64,000 bases of DNA from contig CAWABA010000006.1 in assembly GCA_963780185.1 (NCBI GenBank), positions 608,001 through 672,000 of the forward strand, given 5' to 3'. Source of the DNA: Candidatus Bathyarchaeota archaeon. Lineage in GTDB: Archaea; Thermoproteota; Bathyarchaeia; Bathyarchaeales; Bathycorpusculaceae. The notes below the pieces were generated by a model. The model searched no databases. It had not been told where the DNA came from and worked only from the letters and a program-made list of their open reading frames with translations. The translations under genes and the position numbers were made by a program. Shown one piece after another: positions 52,856 through 63,288 of this stretch; position 1 is the stretch's first letter, and each line of letters begins with the position of its first letter.

Positions 52856-53755
52856 GTGTCTTGGATATCAAAGTTGCAGACGAAGTTTGGATTGGTTGTG
52901 CATTTCTTCATAAAGAAAACCCTCAAGAACTCGGATTCTCAAACAGTCAAATCGTAGACCGCATAAGGCAGGAGAACATCTTTGGGTCAATTAGACCTGG
53001 AATCCAAATACACATCTCAACACACTGCGTCGCCAACACTCCGGCCCAACCCAACAAATGCCGCATGTTATACAAACTGCCCGATGGAAGAAAACGCCTT
53101 TTTAAAGAAACGGACGACTTTCACGAAAGTCGTCAAAATGGAAAAACAACTCCAAACACGGAAGATATCCCTAAGAAATACCTTTTCCTGATAGATTGGT
53201 ACGTGAGTGAATACAATAATGAGAGCAAGAGAACTGAAATTCCGCCCCCTCTTCCACAGCCGCCTATTCCTACCAAGATTATTTCGTTGAAAGAAAATCA
53301 ACTTCAAGAGTTTACTTACAAATGTCCGAAGCCAACAAAGTCTAGGTCCTGCAAAGATTGTGCGCTATTCTTAGGGGAAGATACCATAAAGAGGTCTCTT
53401 GAAGCCGCGCTATCAGCTGAAGGCTGGAAAGTAAAGACATCAATGGGCAGGAAACACGGCATAGACATAATCGCGACAGACAAACAAGACCATGTAATGC
53501 TCATAGAAGCAAAAGGTGAAGGCTCAAGAAATGCAATGCGAGTCAACTACTTTCTAATGGTTCTCGGTGAGTCTGCTACAAAAGATGGATTCATCAAACA
53601 AAATTTACGGGTTGGCGCTTCCTGCATACCGGCAGTATGCAAATCTTGTTATTAATTTGCCTGATTGGATAAAGCACCAATTGAAACTTAGAATTTATTT
53701 GGTTAAGCAACAAGAAAGCGGCGAATATCAGATCGGCTTGGTTGAATACAATTAA
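52852..53755 (+). CDS. two-domain protein with C-terminal PD-(D/E)xK nuclease, frameshift near 53570
   Basis: HGIDIIA...IEAKG; continues LLQKMD..YGLALP in ORF 53567-53755. Confidence 0.65.
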
Positions 53756-53889
53756 GCCAAGTTTGCGCGCAAAAACGGGTGGATTAGGTCAGTTTGAACC
53801 CCCGCCCGAATGGAGACGCCACTCCCAAAACCCATTTTTCTAAAGATTAAATAGATAATCCGTTCAATTGGTTGGTAATGGCGGGTTAA

Positions 53890-55167
53890 TTGGATAGAGA
53901 TTTTCTCGTAGATTACAAATACAGAGAGGATGAATACTATACCAGATTTGTTGAGGACATCTGCAACCGAAAGTTCGTCATCGGGAAAGATGAATCACCT
54001 TACAAGAATAGGTACGTAAACCTTCAAAGACCTGTTACAGAGTTGAACAGATCGAATGAAAACAAATTCAAGGAGACTATGTGGGCCCAGATTCCTTTCA
54101 GCGGCTCCTCAATTATTGCTTTGCCCGCCTTTTCTAAGGTTGATTTTGAGGAACAGTTCTTTGACACAAGAGATATACCCAAAATTGTAGATTTCATAAA
54201 GGAAACGGGAAGGCTTCAATTTGCCCTTCCAGATTACATATTAGATTATGAAGGGCTTGATTTCTTGGACCCGATATTTCTCGAACTAAAGCCTCCTGCA
54301 TATCATTTGACGCCTATGGGAGCATTTGCGTCGGACGAGGAAATACGAAATGCAATCAACGAGTTTACGACGGTTGCAGAAATCAACTTTACAAAGTTTT
54401 TGGATTTTCGCAAAGCAGAAGGAGTACCACTACGAAATCTCGTGTCTGCTTATGTAGGCGCTCAGATGACTTTTGTGACCCTTAAACTAACCAAAAATTC
54501 TCTCGCCAGAGAGGCTGAAAAGCTTTTGGTTGATGATCCAGTTCAAGCCATAAGGCTCTTGGCGCTTGCTAATATTTTTATTGAAATTCCTGCGTTTAAT
54601 TTGCTTGTAAATAGTTTTAATTTTCCAATGGATCGAATCAAAGAAGCAGAATTGTATCCTGTGAATGTTCACCCAAAAAACATTCAATTTGAACATGAGA
54701 TAGGGAAGTTCTTGCTAACAAAACTGACATATGCCCCTCAAGGTTTGGATGCATGCAAAGAAATAATGTATCGATATGACAAAAACGACCTGCGAAAAGT
54801 GCAAAAATCCTTGAATCAATCCATAGTAGAAAACAATCCTCAAGCTGTTAACTCAAGCGCCATCGAGTTATCAGAGATTCTCGGAAACGTTTGGGACGAC
54901 AAAACGATACCCCTAAGAATTAAAGGCTTGAAAATCGGTCTACCCCTTTCAATGGCCGCGATTGGAAGCGTTGCGGCTGGACCGATAGGCACAGCAAGCG
55001 GCTTGCTCGCTGGACTTGGATTTGATGTCTTAAACCAGATGATAGACCTGAAGACCGATGGACTATCGGAAAAACTTGCAAAAATTAAAACTAAAAGCTA
55101 TCAAGCAAACATTTACGATTTCAAGGCAAAATATAAAGACCGAATGGTCTTAGATCGCCCAACATAG
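53890..55167 (+). CDS. hypothetical protein
   Basis: 425-aa ORF, AT-rich, Gly/Ala-rich hydrophobic hairpin near the C-terminus. Confidence 0.65.
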   Translation: MDRDFLVDYKYREDEYYTRFVEDICNRKFVIGKDESPYKNRYVNLQRPVTELNRSNENKFKETMWAQIPFSGSSIIALPAFSKVDFEEQFFDTRDIPKIVDFIKETGRLQFALPDYILDYEGLDFLDPIFLELKPPAYHLTPMGAFASDEEIRNAINEFTTVAEINFTKFLDFRKAEGVPLRNLVSAYVGAQMTFVTLKLTKNSLAREAEKLLVDDPVQAIRLLALANIFIEIPAFNLLVNSFNFPMDRIKEAELYPVNVHPKNIQFEHEIGKFLLTKLTYAPQGLDACKEIMYRYDKNDLRKVQKSLNQSIVENNPQAVNSSAIELSEILGNVWDDKTIPLRIKGLKIGLPLSMAAIGSVAAGPIGTASGLLAGLGFDVLNQMIDLKTDGLSEKLAKIKTKSYQANIYDFKAKYKDRMVLDRPT

Positions 55168-55323
55168 CAACAGAGGATTTGGTCCAAAGAGTAGGAGAGG
55201 AAATTCACCCCCAATGCATCTGGAGATTTCAGCTGCGAGACACATCTTTTTAATTCTTGTTTGCGTTTGCTCCGTATGTTTTTTTAACTGGTTTTGCAAT
55301 TTATGGGTGGAGAGTTTGTTTGC

Positions 55324-55953
55324 ATGGATAGATCTGCTATTATCTTGGCTGTGGATTCGCGGGGCGAGTTCAGTGAGGACAAGGCGTTTTTGAAAGTTGA
55401 CGGCAAGCCTTTGCTGAATCGCGTTGTCGACGCGGTTAAGGGCATTGTCGGCGAAGTCTTGGTGGTTACTGCCTCAAAGGAGCAGTCGGACTTGTATGGC
55501 AAGTTGGTTTCGTCGGCTAACGTTCAGTTTGCCGAAATTGATGATGCGCCGAAGGGGGATTTGGCTGCTGCACTGGCGGGTTTGGAGGTTGCGCAGGGCG
55601 ATTATTCAGTGCTTTTGCCATTTGATGCGCCGTTTATTTCCAGAGAGGTTGTGTCGCTGCTTTTCGACTTGTCACCACGCAAGTCTGCGGTTGTGCCCCG
55701 TTGGCCTGACTGCTTGTGTGAGCCTTTGCAGTCGGTTTATCATTCTGAGTTGGCGATGGCGGCGGCGCAAAAAGCGTTGGCTGCAGGCGAGTCTGGGGCA
55801 GAGGCAATCGCTGGCTGTCTGCGTGGGGTACGCTATATTTCAACGTTGGTTATTGAGCAGTTGGATCCTGACTTCAAAACTTTCTTTCGGGTTACCACGC
55901 CTCTGGATCTGAAGCAAGCCGCGGTGATGGCTAAGCCTCGAAGGCACCAATAG
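55324..55953 (+). CDS. MobA-like nucleotidyltransferase with degenerate motifs
   Basis: DKAFL..GKPLL, DAPFIS, VPRW...EPL..VY, FFRVTTP.DL. Confidence 0.75.
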   Translation: MDRSAIILAVDSRGEFSEDKAFLKVDGKPLLNRVVDAVKGIVGEVLVVTASKEQSDLYGKLVSSANVQFAEIDDAPKGDLAAALAGLEVAQGDYSVLLPFDAPFISREVVSLLFDLSPRKSAVVPRWPDCLCEPLQSVYHSELAMAAAQKALAAGESGAEAIAGCLRGVRYISTLVIEQLDPDFKTFFRVTTPLDLKQAAVMAKPRRHQ

Positions 55954-55963
55954 CTTGCCTGCT

Positions 55964-55987
55964 TGTTGTAGTGCATATACAGTCACA
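55964..55987 (+). promoter_or_regulatory. palindromic upstream element, copy 5
   Basis: TGTTGTAGT-GCATAT-ACAGTCACA then TTTTTTAT. Confidence 0.6.
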
Positions 55988-56022
55988 TTGTTTTTTATGC
56001 TTGCATTAGGCATTAAATGTGA

Positions 56023-56157
56023 TTAAGCGCAGAGGCGATAAGTTCTTTGCGTTTAGCAAGTGAATGGTTGACTGTGACGCAAGCTGTTAAGTAATGTTCC
56101 CCACTCTCTCTTCCGAACACCTTTTTGGCTTGCGCCATAGTCAAAACCATCATTTGC
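56023..56157 (+). ncRNA. candidate two-hairpin RNA with CU-rich loop, copy 2
   Basis: 12-bp hairpin, then a long interrupted stem (56056-56157) with G-U pairs; inner TGTTC/GAACA closing CCCACTCTCTCTTCC. Confidence 0.55.
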
Positions 56158-56188
56158 CAAATAATTTTTAAAAAAGGAGACTTAAACT

Positions 56189-56533
56189 ATGGATTTTTGT
56201 ACCCAATGCGGTTCACGACTAGTCCCGAAAAAAATTAACTTGGGAACGCAAGAGATGCTTATGCTTGTCTGCACCAAATGCCACTTTAAAAAACAGGACC
56301 CCGCCGCGGCAGCTCGCAACGGCAAAGTCTTTGAGCATGACCCGAAGCAGTTTGTCGCCGTCATAGGCAAAGAAGAACAGCTTAACACGTTACCAACGCT
56401 GCAAATCAGCTGCCCCCAATGCGGAAACAACACCGCCAACGTCTGGCAAGTGCAAACACGAGGATTGGATGAGTCGTCAACCCAGTTTTTCCGATGTATA
56501 CAATGCGGCTACACCTACCGAGAAACCACCTAA
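56189..56533 (+). CDS. tfs: transcription factor S (TFS)
   Basis: FCxxCG..CxxC and CPxCG...QTRGLDE..T.FFRCxxC. Confidence 0.88.
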   Translation: MDFCTQCGSRLVPKKINLGTQEMLMLVCTKCHFKKQDPAAAARNGKVFEHDPKQFVAVIGKEEQLNTLPTLQISCPQCGNNTANVWQVQTRGLDESSTQFFRCIQCGYTYRETT

Positions 56534-56616
56534 AGCGGCTTCTGAGGCTGGCGAGGCACAGCGACATGCGCCTAAAACCGCGGGTTTGCCTCTTTCCTCG
56601 ACAGTTTTTAGCATTT

Positions 56617-56943
56617 TCAGCGTTGAGCTTGGTGTGCCTCGGATTCCTTTATGCGCCGGTTAACGGCGTCTACTTTGTCTTGCATAGTTCTGGGTTTGTC
56701 TCTTCGGTCATCAATCCGCAAGCTTGACGATATTCGTTTGGCTCCCATGGCTGCGAGGGCTTCGTGTGCTTTTCCTACAGCTTCAAATATGGTGTCCAAG
56801 CTGTTCGCGGCGAGAATAGTACCCATAGATGTAACTTCAAAATCCAGCCCCGCCACACTGCGAAACGCCAAAACCGCCTCCGCCACGTAACGGCTGACAC
56901 TTGTTTCGCCAGAGCCGACGGGCACAATGCTGAACTCAGCCAT
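56617..56943 (-). CDS. MTH1187/thiamine-binding family protein
   Basis: AEFSIVPVG..SVSRYV, MGT, RIDDRRDK. Confidence 0.9.
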   Translation of the reverse strand: MAEFSIVPVGSGETSVSRYVAEAVLAFRSVAGLDFEVTSMGTILAANSLDTIFEAVGKAHEALAAMGAKRISSSLRIDDRRDKPRTMQDKVDAVNRRIKESEAHQAQR

Positions 56944-57012
56944 CACACAATAACTCTTAACCAAACAGGACGCCTCAGCCTGAACTATTTTTGGCTTGCC
57001 ATATTAAGTTTC

Positions 57013-57730
57013 TCAGGGTCTCTTTGCTGCGTCATTAACCGCGCCTGTGCTTGGCTTGCGTTTCCGCGTCAAAAGCATGGCTGCCAAGATGCAGAAAACA
57101 ACCAGCAGCGCCAGCGTCAGCCCCGTGTATGCTAGCCCGATTTTGCCGCCCAGAACCTCGTAAATGCCGACAAGCCCGAACACGATGAAAATCAGGGCTG
57201 AAGCCCACTTGAGGATTTTTTCTGGGATATGCTTGCCTAAGACGACTCCGATTGCGATTCCTAATCCGTCGGCAACCAGCATGCCCAGCACCGCCCCAAG
57301 CAACACCGCCACCGCGCTCTGGTATTCAGCGGCTAAACTGATGGTTGTAAGCTGGGTTTTGTCTCCGAATTCGGCGATGAAGAAGGCGACGGCGACTGCT
57401 CCGACGACTCCGAAGCGGCTTGGCTTGGGGTTTTCGTCTTTGGGTTTTTCAGGTCGCAGGGTCCATAATCCGAAGCCGATGAATGACAGCGATGCGGCAA
57501 GTGAAATCACGTCAAGAGGCACGACGGTGGTTATGAGTTGACCGACGACCACCATGATTGCAAAGTTAGCCATTGTCGCCAGAAAGATTCCGAAGAGCAC
57601 TTTGTAGGGGTTGTGTTTAGCGGCAAGCGACATAGCTATAAACTGGGTTTTGTCGCCCATCTCAGCCACCAATATGAGACCAAAAGAAGCCGTAAAGGCT
57701 GCAACGCTAAACGCTAACCACGTGTTCCAT
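57013..57730 (-). CDS. TMEM165/GDT1 (UPF0016) Mn/Ca transporter; start approximate
   Basis: Two ExGDKTQ motifs. Confidence 0.9.
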
Positions 57731-57797
57731 CGACGCCTATTGTTTGATGGGTTATTTTTTTGCCCGCCTCTTTATTTACCTTCCACCCGCTGGCAGA

Positions 57798-58802
57798 CTA
57801 AACGGGTGGTTTAGCAATGTTTCGACTGCCCAAAGTTTTAGTCCACTGCATGAACTCGTCCGTGGGCGGAGCTTCTCGGTAAAGCTGGGTGCGTTTGGAC
57901 TCCAAGAAAAGGTTCGCTTCGCCTGCGTACTCTGCCGCGGTCACGACGCTGTGCCCCGCCGCCGAAGCCGCCGTGAAAACCCCGTTAAGCTTACTTTTCC
58001 ACGCTTCATCCCGTAGCGCATGATGCTCAACAATCGTCACTGGCACTGAGGCAGCAATGCGTTCAAGATTCTGCAGAGCCCGCTCCAACTGCGACGCCGC
58101 AACCTTGAAGCCTTCCAGATACGTTGGCGGACCACCCAGCATGACCACGGTCGGCTCAACCTCCAAAATGGCTTCAAGCGTCGTCTGCGTCATGGGTCCT
58201 TGCACGTCAGGCGCAAACATGAACCGCTCATCCCCGAACTCAACAACCGCCATGATAACCCAGCCCAACATCGAATCCTGCGAGCCATGCGCAACGGGTT
58301 CCGAGAAACGGAGCTTTGTCTTGCCGTAGGTGAAGGTTTTGCCGTCTGCCGCCGCGAAGGTTTTGGCGTGTTTACCGCCTGTCTGCTGGAAAATCCATGC
58401 CCGCTGCCTCTGGCTCGCGTTGATTTTTTCCTTCGGGTTCTTGGCAAGCACCTCTTTGCCCAGGTAGATTTGCTTTGCCGTCTCGGTTGCCTCTGTCCAG
58501 TTGACCACCCAGTCTTCGAAGGATGGTGTGTGATGGTCAAAGTGGTAGTGGCTAATGGTCACGACCTGCGCGCGTTCGGCTGCCTCAGCGATTTTTTGGC
58601 GCATCTTGATGATAGCTTGGAACTCCGTGGGGTGCGGCGGCAAACCGAAGCGCCAGGGGCAAAGCGAAACCCCCGCGTCCAAAAGCATCACAACGTCAGG
58701 CGTCTCAACCTGCGTGCACATGCTGCGGACGCCGAAGCTTTCCGCTGCCAAAGGCGTTACCTTGATGCTGCAAAGGGGGCTGCTTGCGGGTTGGTTTGCC
58801 AT
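57798..58802 (-). CDS. metallo-beta-lactamase-fold hydrolase (UPF0282-like)
   Basis: AESFGVRSM, ISHYHFDH, DVQGP, EHHALRD. Confidence 0.85.
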   Translation of the reverse strand: MANQPASSPLCSIKVTPLAAESFGVRSMCTQVETPDVVMLLDAGVSLCPWRFGLPPHPTEFQAIIKMRQKIAEAAERAQVVTISHYHFDHHTPSFEDWVVNWTEATETAKQIYLGKEVLAKNPKEKINASQRQRAWIFQQTGGKHAKTFAAADGKTFTYGKTKLRFSEPVAHGSQDSMLGWVIMAVVEFGDERFMFAPDVQGPMTQTTLEAILEVEPTVVMLGGPPTYLEGFKVAASQLERALQNLERIAASVPVTIVEHHALRDEAWKSKLNGVFTAASAAGHSVVTAAEYAGEANLFLESKRTQLYREAPPTDEFMQWTKTLGSRNIAKPPV

Positions 58803-59104
58803 TTTCCGTGTGAACCTACGCTATTTGCCTATGCGGCTGGATGCTAAATGGGTTGTGCCTCGCCATTTTTACTTTGAAATTTTGATGTAAAAAATAGACC
58901 CCCCCCTACCCAACGCCAAGCAGGGCTTGTTCCATGCTGTTTTATTGGTTTAGCGTTTGCAGGGGACTCAGAATTTTAGCAGGTCAGAAAAAGGATTGCA
59001 AGCACCACGGAAGAATCTTTAGCGTTATTGCACGTAGTAGCTTTTGTACGGCACCTAAAAAAAGCAACTTTCTTGACAAATCTATTGTTTCCGCAAAAAA
59101 GTCT

Positions 59105-60355
59105 CTATGCATGTCGCTTGAGTTTCAATTTAAAAATGAAGAATAACACGAGGGATGAGACTACGATAATCGTCCCGACGGAGGCAAGCAAAACTACAGC
59201 ACTAAGATTATACTTGGGACTTGCTGCTGTGGAAGCAACTGCGTATGTGAGGTCATAGTCGCGTCCGACTCCCCCTATTCCGCCGCTTTCAGAATGCTTC
59301 TGGTAAATGACACTGGGAATGCCATGCGCGTCTAAGGCTAAGGGAGCAGCCCTTGTCACGCTTGTATCCACGGTCTGAACGCTCCATTTGCTTCCAACCT
59401 GGACTGCGTAGTTTAAGGCGCGTATTTGGTCGTACGCTTTATCCTTGATGTAACCGTCAACAAAGTAACTTACGTGAGGGTTGTTGCTTGAATCCAATTT
59501 AAGGTAACTATCTCCGACATACTTGTTCGGGTCAATCGTCTGAATATCCCAAGAGATGCCGTTCCAGCTTGCATACTTCAAACCGTTATTGGCGTAACTT
59601 ATGTGGGGGTAACCGTTGGAATTTACGGCGATAGATGGCTGAGGCGCAGAAACTTGCATGGAGTCTACTGTTTGAATGTTCCAACTACCATTTCCGCTTA
59701 GGGTAGCATACTTCAGGAGACCTGTGCCGTTGCTGTCGCTGAGGCTGCTCTCTCCGAAATAACAAAGATGCGCGTTTCCTGAGATGTCCAGGCAAATTGA
59801 AGGGTACCAATATACTTCTTGACCCGAATCCACTGTTTGAACATCCCAGCCAGACCCATTCCAAACGGCGTATTTCAAATCCAAATTTCCAGGAACTGTG
59901 CCGTTACTTTCTTGGTAACTATAAGCGACATGTGGATTCCCACTTGAATCCAGAGCCATAGCAAAATAGTACGGTCTGATTGTTGAGGCAACAGTCTGAG
60001 TGGTCCAACCTGAACTATTTGAAGAGGCATACCGAATCCCCCAAGAGTTGCCGTTTACATAGGCATAAATCACATGTGGGTTGTTATTTGAATCTAACGC
60101 CAGTTGACCGTTGCTGCCTGAAGAGTCTATGCTTTGGGTGACCCAGTCGCTGCCTGCTAACACGGCGTAGTTTAAGCCGTTTGCATTATCGTAGCAAATA
60201 TGGGGATTATTATCAGAATCTACGGCGACAGCGGGCAGTATGCCGATTGGGTCCACAATCGACGTGGTCCACGCCAAGCGCCCGTGGGCTTGAGTTACGC
60301 ACTGGGCAACTAGCATTATCAGTAGAATTGCCGAAACCACTTTAGCCTTCGCCAT
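59105..60355 (-). CDS. secreted beta-propeller-like repeat protein
   Basis: About seven repeats of LDS..NPHISY...LKYA..W..QTVD; signal peptide and C-terminal TM. Confidence 0.8.
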   Translation of the reverse strand: MAKAKVVSAILLIMLVAQCVTQAHGRLAWTTSIVDPIGILPAVAVDSDNNPHICYDNANGLNYAVLAGSDWVTQSIDSSGSNGQLALDSNNNPHVIYAYVNGNSWGIRYASSNSSGWTTQTVASTIRPYYFAMALDSSGNPHVAYSYQESNGTVPGNLDLKYAVWNGSGWDVQTVDSGQEVYWYPSICLDISGNAHLCYFGESSLSDSNGTGLLKYATLSGNGSWNIQTVDSMQVSAPQPSIAVNSNGYPHISYANNGLKYASWNGISWDIQTIDPNKYVGDSYLKLDSSNNPHVSYFVDGYIKDKAYDQIRALNYAVQVGSKWSVQTVDTSVTRAAPLALDAHGIPSVIYQKHSESGGIGGVGRDYDLTYAVASTAASPKYNLSAVVLLASVGTIIVVSSLVLFFIFKLKLKRHA

Positions 60356-60702
60356 GTAGCTCAAATTGATTATGTTGGCAAAGTGTATTTTAGGTTATCT
60401 GAATATCCAGCTCTCACGATACAACAGCAATCTTCGGACATTAACCTCGACTTGCGATGTATTCTGGGTTCGGTATGTCTGCGCCGGATTTTTGGCATTT
60501 GTAGCTGCGGATTTTTTGCTGCAGCTTTGGCATCGGCTTTGATCACTGAGGTACCGCATTTAGGACATTACAAATCAACTTCCTTCTTGAGCTGGCGTTG
60601 CATCGGGCTTGTTGCGTGTTGCTTTTTGACTTTGGGGGCTGTAGAGGGTTCAGAATTTGAAGTGAGCGTAGGAACATCTGGGGAGAAATCTGCCGCTTCC
60701 GG

Positions 60703-61554
60703 CTAACGACTTCTTCGATGCCGTCTGTAAAGCAAACCTACGGTTAAGCACGCCGCCGCAGTTATGACAGCTGTAGCTACCGCCATGTTTGTGTTGCTGA
60801 AGAGTCCAGTTTTTGGCTTTTCAACGGTGAAGCTGACTGTTTGGCTCCCAACGTTTCCATAAGCGTCGTCCGCATAGATGATAAGGTTATGTAAACCACT
60901 GGGTAAGTTGGCAAGTGTGGTGTTTCCGTTGATGGCCACGTTGTTTTCTCCGTCAATGCTGTAACCTAACCAACGTACCTCTTTGTTAAGCGTAAAATTC
61001 AACGGAACCGTAGAAGAACAGACGCTATCATTTAACGGAGACACGACTGAAATCTTGGGAGAAGCCGTCACGGTAAAATTCACTGTGCTACTGCTTGATG
61101 TAAAAAAGAAATATTCTGTTCCTTCAGGAGTCTCCTCAGGTGTATCAGCGTAAGAACCGCAACCGTGAGCAACTATCTGTATTGTTTGATTGCCTTCTGG
61201 CACACCAGAAAACGTATTGTCATATTCAACGCTGATAGGGAAACGGCTTTGATTAAAAACAGTTACATCATCTGTCAACCAACTTGCCTTAAACGAAACG
61301 TCATATAATGTGTAAACGATTGTTCCCTTAGTGGGTAAGCTAACGGTGAATGCAACGGTCACGTTGGTTAAGTTATAGATGTGGTTGCTAATTGGAGAAG
61401 TTACATCGATTACGATTGGCTTAGCATCTGCTGGCGGGTCACCCCAAACGTAATTTTGGGCGTTTACAGGTCTGGCTTTTAAGCTAAAGCAAGATAACAA
61501 AAGAAATGAAAGAAAGATAACGAGCCTTATCTGCCCTCTGCTTATGTTGCCCAT
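60703..61554 (-). CDS. secreted Ig-like protein with C-terminal anchor
   Basis: Signal; SP.N...V.L.FT...YS.DG...G.H.L..YA.D..GN; TM plus RRHRR. Confidence 0.8.
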   Translation of the reverse strand: MGNISRGQIRLVIFLSFLLLSCFSLKARPVNAQNYVWGDPPADAKPIVIDVTSPISNHIYNLTNVTVAFTVSLPTKGTIVYTLYDVSFKASWLTDDVTVFNQSRFPISVEYDNTFSGVPEGNQTIQIVAHGCGSYADTPEETPEGTEYFFFTSSSSTVNFTVTASPKISVVSPLNDSVCSSTVPLNFTLNKEVRWLGYSIDGENNVAINGNTTLANLPSGLHNLIIYADDAYGNVGSQTVSFTVEKPKTGLFSNTNMAVATAVITAAACLTVGLLYRRHRRSR

Positions 61555-61598
61555 AGCCGCTCAGAACGATTTTTGTCTCTTACGAATAAAAGCGTTCT

Positions 61599-61640
61599 TG
61601 TATAGGTTTCTTGACAAAGCCTATGTCAAGGTTTCTTGAC
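61599..61640 (-). promoter_or_regulatory. tandem operator GTCAAG-N4-CTTGAC-N9-GTCAAG-N4-CTATAC
   Basis: Matches 27537-27576; lies upstream of the TTTTAT box of the 61554 gene. Confidence 0.6.
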
Positions 61641-61643
61641 TTG

Positions 61644-62918
61644 TTACTGTATCTTTTCCGCCACTCTTTGAGGGGCACAACGGTTTGTTCCCGTTTCGCG
61701 AGGTTTTTGAGCGTGACTGCGCCTTCTTTGAGTTCGCGTTCGCCGACGATGACGGCGTAGTCCACTTTGCGTTTATCAGCATCCTCCAGCGCCTTGCCCA
61801 TCTTGCGCCCCATAACCTCAAACTCCACGGCAACACCTAAGCTGCCTAAGCTGCTGCGCGATTTTCAGCGCCTCAACTTTGAGGGCGTCGTTGACGGCGA
61901 GCACAAGAACCCGTTTTGCTTTCTCGCGCCTGCGACGTGCTTTTTGGGTTTCAAGCGCCAGTGCAATGCGGTCGATTCCATGTGCGCAGCCCACTGCGGG
62001 GGTTGGTTCGCCGCCGAACAGTTCAATTAGCCTGTCGTATCTGCCTCCGCCGCCTAACGCAATGTCCAATTCGGGAATGTAAATCTCAAAAATCATGCCT
62101 GTGTAGTATTCGAGTCCCCGTGCGAACGCGGGTTCAACAATTCTGGATGGGGCAGCCGCTTTCCACGACGAGTTTCACGATTTCGCCGAGGTTCTCCGCC
62201 GCAGCCTTCGCCTTCTCATACCCCGCCACGTAAGCCTTAATTTTCTCAACGGTTTCAAAGCAGTCGGCGCCCTTCAGATCAAGCAAACCCTCAAGCATAA
62301 TGCGGCATTTCTCCGTCGGCGCCAACTTGAACGCTTCCTCATACTCTTTTTTGTCCATGAGCTGCAGGATGGCGTTCTGGGTTTTTTCGTCGACGGCCTC
62401 TTGGCTCAGGATTCCTCGGACGACGCCGATATGGCCGATTTTAAATGCGTAACCCCGCAGCCCAGCGATTTCATGACGTTGTCTGTTAGCAATACGATTT
62501 CGGCGTCGGCTTCAGGTCGGTTGCGAACCCATCAACTCGAAGTTCGACTGGTAAAACTCGCGGTACCTGCCCTTCTGCGGCTCATCGTAGCGGTAGACGC
62601 TGCCTGCGCTGAAAAGAGGCGGAGCGGTTTAGGCTCGCTTCTGAGTGCGGTGGTGGCTAGCCGCGCGATTGATGCGGTGAATTCGGGTCGCAACGCCACT
62701 TGTCGGTCGCCGAGGTCTTTGAATATGAACATGCGTTGGCGGATTTCCTCGCCTGACTTGGCGCTTAGAAGCTCAAAAGACTCTACGACGGGTGTGATGA
62801 CTTCTTTGTAACCGTAAAGCAGGGCTGTTTCCCTGGCTTTGCTGATGATGCCTGTGAAGGCTTGGGCTTCTTCGCCGAGCAAATCGCGCATTCCGCGAAC
62901 AGTCTGGAAAGAGGGCAT
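61644..62918 (-). CDS. hisS: histidine--tRNA ligase with at least five assembly frameshifts
   Basis: [47 protein letters not shown], anticodon-binding domain. Confidence 0.93.
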
Positions 62919-63033
62919 AGCGTATTCTCCTTTGCTTAAGATGATGTAATTATTCTTTTAAACTCTCGCTCACCTGTAAGTCAATTAGGAAGTTTTAAAT
63001 GCAGCGTCTATCCCACTCAGTATTGGTGGGAAA

Positions 63034-63288
63034 ATGCAAGCGCAAGAACAATTTACCGTTAAAATGGACTCAAAAGGCAGAATCTGCATCCCAGCAGAAA
63101 TAAGAGAAGAAATCGGAGACACCGCCACCATTAAAAAAACCCCCAAAGGCTACCTCTTAGTTCCAGGCAAACGCGAGGATTTTCTGGAAGAATTCCGCAA
63201 GGTAATCACCTCTAAGCATCGTAGAACAGGCAAGCCTGAAAATTGGTCTCCCGAAAAAATGAAGTCCATTTGGAGCAAAACTGAATGA
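63034..63288 (+). CDS. AbrB-family antitoxin
   Basis: VKMDSKGRICIPAEIRE. Confidence 0.88.
   Translation: MQAQEQFTVKMDSKGRICIPAEIREEIGDTATIKKTPKGYLLVPGKREDFLEEFRKVITSKHRRTGKPENWSPEKMKSIWSKTE

Noticed and set aside
53778-53812. tRNA 3'-end/att-like sequence (minus strand GGGGTTCAAAC...TCCACC)
   Set aside because: T-stem does not pair properly, no cloverleaf, and no partner copy in the window
47452-55167. Complete provirus
   Set aside because: No portal, capsid, tail, replication or integrase genes and no direct-repeat att sites
61644-62918. Pseudogenisation or programmed frameshifting of hisS, tiaS, nadA, nikR
   Set aside because: Single-base indels scattered through essential genes with intact motifs and no slippery sites; best explained by assembly error
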